From IMG/VR virus record IMGVR_UViG_2623620497_000002: DNA of 4,307 bases; one strand, 5' to 3'. This document shows positions 1 through 4,307 of this stretch, piece after piece. Positions within the stretch are counted from its first letter, which is position 1. Each line of letters opens with the position of its first letter. The position numbers and the translations under genes are program-made. The notes under the pieces are model-generated. The model had not been told where the DNA came from. It did no database searches and saw nothing but the letters and a program-made list of their open reading frames with translations. This stretch comes from a virus (Duplodnaviria; Heunggongvirae; Uroviricota; Caudoviricetes).

Positions 1-502
1 ACTGAGCCGACGTCGCGGCCTGCCCGGCTGATGTGCTGGCTGCACGTGCTGAGCCTGCAGCATCAGTCGCATGGGTTGCCGCCTCACGGGCTGATGTGCC
101 GGCATCGCTGGCTGACTTCTTCGCGGCTGCCGTGTTCTGTGCCACTGCGGACGCGTTACGCGCCACCTCTTCCACCATCAGTTCAAAGCGGCGCAGTGCC
201 TCCGGACGGGCATCATCCTCCGTCATGGCACCGAGAAAATCATTCAGCGTACCCGGTTGTGAGTCTTCATACACGGTGATGGTCCCGGCATGCGATGGCG
301 GGAAGCCTTCCACCATCAGAATAACGCTGTACTGACCGTACTCAACGTCCATGCTGTAACGCCCGGCTTCATCCGGATTTTCTGAGGCCACCGTGTTCAC
401 CACCACCGTGGTGCTGTTACGTTTTGCTTTCAGCTGGATTGTGCAGTTCTGTACCGGTTTACCTGCACCGTCTTTCAGTACACCTGAAATCTTTACTGCC
501 AT
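1..502 (-). CDS. stf: Side tail fiber protein (Stf family), N-terminal 167 codons only; the gene runs off the left edge of the window
   Basis: Minus-strand ATG at 502..500 with a GGGGGG run 3 nt upstream as a Shine-Dalgarno-like element. My own translation is open for 167 codons to position 2 with no stop: MAVKISGVLKDGAGKPVQNCTIQLKAKRNSTTVVVNTVASENPDEAGRYSMDVEYGQYSVILMVEGFPPSHAGTITVYEDSQPGTLNDFLGAMTEDDARPEALRRFELMVEEVARNASAVAQNTAAAKKSASDAGTSAREAATHATDAAGSARAASTSAGQAATSAQ. This matches, from memory, the conserved N-terminal domain of lambda Stf (orf-401) and E. coli StfR, followed by the start of the Ala/Ser/Thr-rich shaft. It sits immediately after lom as in lambda. It is absent from the supplied ORF track because there is no stop inside the window; the plus-strand ORFs 31..279 and 33..335 are its antisense shadows. 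Confidence 0.85.
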   Translation of the reverse strand, partial: MAVKISGVLKDGAGKPVQNCTIQLKAKRNSTTVVVNTVASENPDEAGRYSMDVEYGQYSVILMVEGFPPSHAGTITVYEDSQPGTLNDFLGAMTEDDARPEALRRFELMVEEVARNASAVAQNTAAAKKSASDAGTSAREAATHATDAAGSARAASTSAGQAATSAQ

Positions 503-510
503 ATTCCCCC

Positions 511-539
511 CACAAAAAAGCCCGCCTGAACCGGCGGGC
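511..539 (-). terminator. Rho-independent terminator downstream of lom (minus-strand orientation)
   Basis: The minus-strand transcript reads GCCCGCC-GGUUCA-GGCGGGC, a 7-bp all-GC stem (forward 520..526 pairing with 533..539) with a 6-nt loop, followed directly by UUUUUUGUG (forward A-run 514..519). It lies 28 nt after the lom stop codon. On the plus strand the hairpin is not followed by a T-tract. Confidence 0.6.
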
Positions 540-566
540 TGTCATAACACTGTGTTACCTGGCTAA

Positions 567-1166
567 TCAGAACTTATAACCGACACCCACGATGAAACCG
601 TCAGTGCGCCAGTCGCCACTGCCGGAGCCTTCATAAGCAATATCAATGGCCACGGATTCGGTCGGGTTAAACTGCACGCCAGCCCCCCACGCCAGAGACG
701 TGTTGCTGCGGCGACCGTCATCACTTCCGGTCAGCACTTCGTGCGTTTTCCCCTTGTTGTCAGTTACGCGGAGATAATCCCCGGAGAAAGTCGAAATACG
801 GCTGTAAGCCACACCCGCCATCGCATACGCGCTGAACCATTCATTCACGCGCACAGACGGCCCCGCCATCACGCTGAACCAGCGGTTACGCACGGAATCT
901 TCATGCCAGCGGGTATCGCTGTAATGAGTCAGCTGGCGATTCTTGTCTCCTGCATAGCTGAATGACGTCACCAGCCCTAGTGTGTCCGTAAACTCATAAC
1001 GGTATTTCACGTTAATCCCGTTCAGATCATCGCTGCCGGGAACGTTCGTCGAGGCATGAAGATAGCCCGCGCTCAGCGTGGACTGATGTTCAGACGCCCA
1101 TGCAGGCGCACCGGATACGGCCAGACAGATGGCTGCGGACAAAATGGCGGCATAAAGTTTACGCAT
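567..1166 (-). CDS. lom: Lom-family outer-membrane beta-barrel protein (Ail/Lom/OmpX/PagC family), 199 aa, intact
   Basis: ORF-track protein MRKLYAAILSAAICLAVSGAPAWA... has a typical Sec signal peptide (AWA-SE cleavage context), alternating amphipathic beta-strand pattern and a C-terminal ...GFIVGVGYKF ending in Phe, which is the outer-membrane barrel signature. The C-terminal half (DIAYEGSGSGDWRTDGFIVGVGYKF) is identical to what I recall for lambda Lom, and the whole protein is near-identical to my memory of E. coli Rac LomR. Minus-strand start ATG at 1166..1164 is preceded by GAGAGG with 5-nt spacing; stop TGA at 569..567. Confidence 0.93.
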   Translation of the reverse strand: MRKLYAAILSAAICLAVSGAPAWASEHQSTLSAGYLHASTNVPGSDDLNGINVKYRYEFTDTLGLVTSFSYAGDKNRQLTHYSDTRWHEDSVRNRWFSVMAGPSVRVNEWFSAYAMAGVAYSRISTFSGDYLRVTDNKGKTHEVLTGSDDGRRSNTSLAWGAGVQFNPTESVAIDIAYEGSGSGDWRTDGFIVGVGYKF

Positions 1167-1187
1167 AATTACCTCTCGCTTTTCTGC

Positions 1188-1214
1188 AATAAAAAAGGCG
1201 CCAGAAATGGCGCC
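1188..1214 (-). terminator. Rho-independent terminator between the J-derived ORF and lom (tJ-like position)
   Basis: The minus-strand transcript reads GGCGCC-AUUUCU-GGCGCC, a 6-bp all-GC stem (forward 1197..1202 pairing with 1209..1214), followed by UUUUUUAUU (forward 1188..1196). It lies in the 68-nt spacer between the stop at 1235..1237 and the lom start. Confidence 0.55.
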
Positions 1215-1234
1215 CGCATATGGGTTATGAAAAT

Positions 1235-2110
1235 TCAGCTAATCGTGATACCTGCTGTGGATTTCTTCATCACCACAACCAGCAAATCGCTGATACTGGC
1301 TGTGGGATACCAGTCATTTACCAGCCACGCTGATACCGAAAACTCCAGCGTCATGTGACCGCGACCAGCAGGCATATCAATAACACCTGTATAAACCAGC
1401 GTATTATCCAGCGCGGTACGGTTATAAATTTCAGCACCGTTTTTCTTCACTATCAGGCGGCATGACGAATAAATATCGTTATTCTCCCGCTCATGTTTAG
1501 CGCCACGAAACGCCACCGCGGGAATAACAATCTGCCGGTCAAACGGCTGATCGTCATAAACCCTGACGGTAATGGTCCCTGATGGCCACCGCTCCGGTGC
1601 ACGGGAGTCCCGGGGGAAAGCTTTGCCCACTGTTTTAACAAGATCGCCTTCAATCTGGTTCGCGGACAGTTTTCCCAGAACCCGACAGTTCTCGTTAATC
1701 GTGACATTGTTGAGCGTCCCGGCGTTCGCATTCACACTGCCACTGATATCCGCATTTTTAGCGGTCAGCTTTCCGTCCGGTGTCAGGGAAAATACCGGTG
1801 GATTTCCACCACTGGTAATGGTGGGGGCCGTCAGGCGTTTGAGGAACACGTCGTTCATGAATATCTGGTTGCCCTGCGCCACAAACATCGGCGTTTCATT
1901 CCCGTTTGCCGGGTCAATAAACGCGATACGATTGGCGGCAACCAGAAACTGGCTCAGTTTGCCTTCCTCTGTATCCTCCATGCTGAGGCCAAGCCCCGCG
2001 ACATAATGCTTACCGTCTTCGGTCTGCTCAATTTTGACGCCCCACATGGCGTTCCATTTATCGTTAGCGTCCTTCCACTCTTTCGAAAACTCCTCCAGTC
2101 TGCTGGCGTT
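1235..2110 (-). other. J: 3' fragment of a J-like tail tip / host-specificity gene (C-terminal ~290 codons including the receptor-binding domain), fused to the upstream head gene
   Basis: ORF residues ~650-940. A long near-identical block to the lambda J C-terminal region as recalled ([78 protein letters not shown]), then a diverged receptor-binding domain; lies immediately upstream of lom. The 5' limit is uncertain by roughly 100 nt or more. Confidence 0.7.
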
Positions 2111-3865
2111 ATCCTCCGTCAGCTCGACTTTTTCCAGCAACTCCTTGCCGAGATGGGATTCGGTTACCAGTACGAACGCAGGACGAATATTCAGATGACG
2201 CTCCCCCTCTTTCTGAACGCGCATCAACTGGCGGGCTTTATCCAGCGATGCCACGTCCATTGCCGCGCTCTCCAGTACGTTTGCATGTTTCGCTTTATCG
2301 AACAGACTTACATTATCTGTGGAGATTTTCGGGTTAGACGTCAGAATGGCATAAACCAGATCGGCAATAGTGGATTTCGCCGCACGGCCCAGCTTCATCG
2401 GGACATCGGTCAGCATATTCAGATCATCATTGATAATGGCCTGACGGGTGATACTGAACAGCTCGCCATAGGTCGCCAGTGCAATAGTGGCCTGTTTATC
2501 TCCGGTGGTGACGTATTTATATTCCGCCCCTTCACGCACCTGACGCAGAGCACTGAAGCCCCCCATACCCACACGATGGGCAATTTTAAAATCAGACAAC
2601 TGACCTTTCCGCGTCCACTGTTCATAGGTTTCAGGGGCATCTTCCCAGCCCTGCAGAATGGCTTTGTTCGCAACATCCAGCAGAATATTACCGAAGTCAG
2701 ACGTACTGTGTGTGAACGCCGCACCGACCATCTGCATCGGGTTATAACCGGAAACCCCAATACCCCGTTCAGTTAGTGACATACGGGCATATTCACGCAG
2801 GGTCATCCCGTTGTAGACATTATCACGTTCGGTTTTTTCAAATCCGGCACGCGCCATCAGCGCCTGGCGGATCCCGTCCCCCACAAAATTACCGTTACCG
2901 GCATAAATATGAGCCGGGGTATTTTTATTGGATGGCGTGGACTCGCGCCCCATCTCGTTCAACAGCTTTTCACGGGCCTGCTCCAGCGAACATTCAGGAT
3001 CGGCAAGACACTGGGCCTGCAGCATCTGATAACGCCCGCCAAACATGGCAAACAGATCATTAATACCGTTTACACGCGCTTTTTGCTCTGCCAGTACCTG
3101 CGCACGGATACTGTTTTCATCCACCACGGGTGCTGCTGCCTGCACTGGCGTCCGGGAGGCTGCAGGTTCATCATCCTGTACGCGTGGAGCACTGTTGCGT
3201 GGCGGAGTAATCATGTTTCGAATGGATTCCGGCATCTTTTTAAATTCCTCTGTACGTTTTGACTGAATACATGCCATTGCCTTAACGGCTGGTGTCACCT
3301 GATCAGCAAATCCCTGTGCCAGACATTCGGCACCGGACATCCAGGTCTCATCCGCCAGCATGGCAGCAATTTCATCGGTGGTTTTCCCGGTTTTCTGTGC
3401 ATAAGCGGGTAACAGAACCGCCTCAACTTTATCGAGCAGGTCGGCATAGGTGCGCATGTCCTCCGCATCACCGCCCGTAAAGCCAAATGGTTTATGAATC
3501 ATCATGAAGGAGTTTTCCGGCATAATGACCGGGTTTCCCACCATCGCAATGACCGACGCCATTGACGCCGCCACACCGTCGACATAAACGGTAATGGACG
3601 CACCATGTGTTTTCAGTGCATTAAAAATGGCGATGCCTTCAAAGACATCGCCACCCGGTGAATTAATATGGAGATTAATGTGGGTGATATCGCCCAGTGC
3701 ATTCAGATCACTGATAAACTGCTTCGCTGTAACACCCCAGAAACCAATCTCGTCATAAATATAAATATCCGCGTCACTCTGGTGACCTGCCTGCATCCTG
3801 AACCAGGAATTATTCTTCGGACTGGTCGTCGGTGTGCTGCGGCTCCTGTCATTTCGTTGCGGCAC
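1235..3865 (-). CDS. Chimeric ORF (about 876 aa from the proposed GTG start): ClpP-family (S14) prohead protease, scaffold-like linker and Mu gpT-like major capsid domain, fused in frame to the C-terminal ~290 aa of a lambda J-like tail-tip/host-specificity protein. Probable deletion-derived fusion and likely non-functional as a structural gene.
   Basis: Single uninterrupted minus-strand frame (ORF track 1235..4057). N-terminal part: [14 protein letters not shown]...[16 protein letters not shown]...[10 protein letters not shown]...[12 protein letters not shown] carries the ClpP catalytic Ser context (AASM, compare E. coli ClpP GQAASMGA) and His context (MIHKP, compare ClpP MIHQP). Middle: ...[13 protein letters not shown]...[19 protein letters not shown] resembles Mu-like major head subunit gpT as I recall it (weaker evidence). 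C-terminal: ...[106 protein letters not shown]... then a diverged ...VIDMPAGRG...[14 protein letters not shown], which matches my memory of the lambda J C-terminus (which ends ...VMVIKKQALGISVV). Position directly upstream of lom fits J. Start: GTG at 3865..3863 with a perfect AAGGAGG 5 nt upstream, overlapping the portal stop; the TTG at 4057 that opens the longest ORF overlaps the portal by 208 nt and is unlikely to be used. Confidence 0.7.
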   Translation of the reverse strand: MPQRNDRSRSTPTTSPKNNSWFRMQAGHQSDADIYIYDEIGFWGVTAKQFISDLNALGDITHINLHINSPGGDVFEGIAIFNALKTHGASITVYVDGVAASMASVIAMVGNPVIMPENSFMMIHKPFGFTGGDAEDMRTYADLLDKVEAVLLPAYAQKTGKTTDEIAAMLADETWMSGAECLAQGFADQVTPAVKAMACIQSKRTEEFKKMPESIRNMITPPRNSAPRVQDDEPAASRTPVQAAAPVVDENSIRAQVLAEQKARVNGINDLFAMFGGRYQMLQAQCLADPECSLEQAREKLLNEMGRESTPSNKNTPAHIYAGNGNFVGDGIRQALMARAGFEKTERDNVYNGMTLREYARMSLTERGIGVSGYNPMQMVGAAFTHSTSDFGNILLDVANKAILQGWEDAPETYEQWTRKGQLSDFKIAHRVGMGGFSALRQVREGAEYKYVTTGDKQATIALATYGELFSITRQAIINDDLNMLTDVPMKLGRAAKSTIADLVYAILTSNPKISTDNVSLFDKAKHANVLESAAMDVASLDKARQLMRVQKEGERHLNIRPAFVLVTESHLGKELLEKVELTEDNASRLEEFSKEWKDANDKWNAMWGVKIEQTEDGKHYVAGLGLSMEDTEEGKLSQFLVAANRIAFIDPANGNETPMFVAQGNQIFMNDVFLKRLTAPTITSGGNPPVFSLTPDGKLTAKNADISGSVNANAGTLNNVTINENCRVLGKLSANQIEGDLVKTVGKAFPRDSRAPERWPSGTITVRVYDDQPFDRQIVIPAVAFRGAKHERENNDIYSSCRLIVKKNGAEIYNRTALDNTLVYTGVIDMPAGRGHMTLEFSVSAWLVNDWYPTASISDLLVVVMKKSTAGITIS
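2123..2812 (-). other. Mu gpT-like (HK97-fold) major capsid domain, probably lacking its C-terminal end (approximate limits)
   Basis: ORF residues ~416-645. Motifs [11 protein letters not shown] and [19 protein letters not shown] resemble the N- and C-proximal conserved blocks of Mu gpT as recalled from memory; this needs a profile search to confirm. A protease-capsid arrangement in one polypeptide is known in prophage head modules. Confidence 0.45.
3293..3775 (-). other. ClpP-like serine protease domain within the chimeric ORF (approximate limits)
   Basis: ORF residues ~95-255. Catalytic Ser codon TCA at 3565..3563 within GVAASMAS and His codon at 3496..3494 within MMIHKP; HINSPGGDV motif upstream. 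Limits estimated by eye. Confidence 0.8.
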
Positions 3866-4307
3866 TGCTGCCTCCTTTATCACTGGCCGGATCGGTATCA
3901 AATACCAGATCCAGCTTGCGGTTTTCATCAATTTCGGCCTTGCGCCGACGTTTGACATCATCCGGATTACGACCACCTGCACGTACCCAGTCTGATTCTG
4001 TCGCCGCTCCACCACGAATCTGAATTTTCCAGGCCTCAGCCTCCTTAACAGGGTCAATCCACGGCATCACCGGTCCGGAATACACCGCGGTATACAGTGA
4101 AGATCGGTCCAGATCGCGGGGTAGCCTGATAACACCGGATGCCACAGCCTGTTTCAGCCAGGCACGGTACATCGGGCGGGTGACGGCACCAATAAACCAG
4201 TCCTGCAGGATCAGGTAGCCATCAGTAGATTCAACCAGCTCCTGACGCTGGGCGCTGTAAGTGCCGTTATAGTTGCGCGCTGTACTGGAAAAACTCAGAC
4301 GACTGCC
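3849..4307 (-). CDS. Portal protein, C-terminal 152 codons (5' end of the gene lies beyond the right edge of the window)
   Basis: The minus-strand frame is open from the window edge: my translation of 4307..4173 gives [45 protein letters not shown] with no stop, continuing into the ORF-track protein MYRAWLKQ...[10 protein letters not shown], so the ATG at 4172 is internal. Stop TGA at 3851..3849. The call as portal rests mainly on gene order (immediately upstream of, and overlapping, the prohead protease start) and on the charged, flexible C-terminal tail typical of portals; direct sequence recognition is weak. Confidence 0.55.
   Translation of the reverse strand, partial: GSRLSFSSTARNYNGTYSAQRQELVESTDGYLILQDWFIGAVTRPMYRAWLKQAVASGVIRLPRDLDRSSLYTAVYSGPVMPWIDPVKEAEAWKIQIRGGAATESDWVRAGGRNPDDVKRRRKAEIDENRKLDLVFDTDPASDKGGSSAATK
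3871..3877 (-). promoter_or_regulatory. Shine-Dalgarno sequence (AAGGAGG) for the prohead-protease/chimeric ORF
   Basis: Reverse complement of forward CCTCCTT at 3871..3877 gives AAGGAGG, with a 5-nt spacer (CAGCA) before GTG at 3865. It lies inside the last codons of the upstream portal ORF, suggesting translational coupling. Confidence 0.6.

Noticed and set aside
31-335. Plus-strand ORFs 31..279 (82 aa) and 33..335 (100 aa)
   Set aside because: They lie antisense to the well-supported stf coding frame; the proteins are Pro/Arg/Ser-rich with no recognisable motifs, typical of shadow ORFs in GC-rich coding DNA.
567-1166. lom as a horizontally acquired AT-rich island distinct from its surroundings
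   Set aside because: By eye its base composition is not obviously different from the flanking J and stf sequence, so a compositional-anomaly argument is not supported; its accessory status rests on gene identity and the flanking terminators only.
511-1214. The two GC-rich hairpins read as plus-strand terminators or as attachment/recombination sites
   Set aside because: The U-tracts follow the stems only on the minus strand. The inverted repeats are short and simple, with no flanking direct repeats or integrase nearby, so a terminator role on the coding strand is the simplest explanation.
741-1358. Plus-strand ORFs 741..965 (74 aa) and 1056..1358 (100 aa)
   Set aside because: The first is antisense inside lom; the second spans the lom start, the intergenic terminator and the J-fragment stop on the wrong strand. 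No ribosome-binding site and no similarity to anything I recognise.
1453-3486. Minus-strand ORFs 1453..1731, 2419..2760 and 3295..3486, and plus-strand ORFs 1572..2006, 2006..2776, 2776..3063, 2909..3262, 3045..3266 and 3292..3480
   Set aside because: All are out-of-frame or antisense overlaps inside the 2.6-kb chimeric ORF, whose frame carries strong protein-family motifs; they are best explained as chance open frames.
3668-4023. Plus-strand ORFs 3668..3955 and 3832..4023
   Set aside because: Antisense to the portal/protease junction region; no start signals; composition typical of shadow frames.
3866-4057. TTG start at 4057 giving the full 940-aa ORF
   Set aside because: It would require a 208-nt same-strand overlap with the portal gene and has no ribosome-binding site that I can see, whereas the GTG at 3865 has a perfect AAGGAGG. 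The extra 64 N-terminal residues are probably not translated.
1-4307. Defence system, toxin-antitoxin pair, CRISPR array, tRNA or insertion sequence
   Set aside because: Every substantial ORF is accounted for by phage structural or accessory genes on one strand; there are no repeat-spacer arrays, no cloverleaf-like segments and no transposase-like frames. I found no basis for claiming a novel system beyond the chimeric ORF.

Overview
The whole window reads as one co-oriented minus-strand block of lambdoid-prophage late (structural) genes: portal 3' end, then a long chimeric ORF, then lom, then the 5' end of stf. The chimeric ORF joins a ClpP-family prohead protease and a capsid-like domain, in frame, to the C-terminal part of a lambda J-like tail-tip protein. 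The order J'-lom-stf with ~70-nt spacers matches the lambda right-arm layout, and the Lom and Stf sequences look closest to the E. coli Rac-type versions (LomR/StfR) as I remember them. The simplest reading is a defective prophage in which an internal deletion removed the 3' end of the capsid gene, all tail genes and the 5' three-quarters of J. I see no CRISPR array, tRNA, insertion sequence, toxin-antitoxin pair or defence-system signature, and no evidence of a novel system beyond this chimera. All homology statements are from reading and translating the sequence and from memory of the protein families; no database search was run. Coordinates are exact for ORF ends and approximate for domain limits and the deletion junction.
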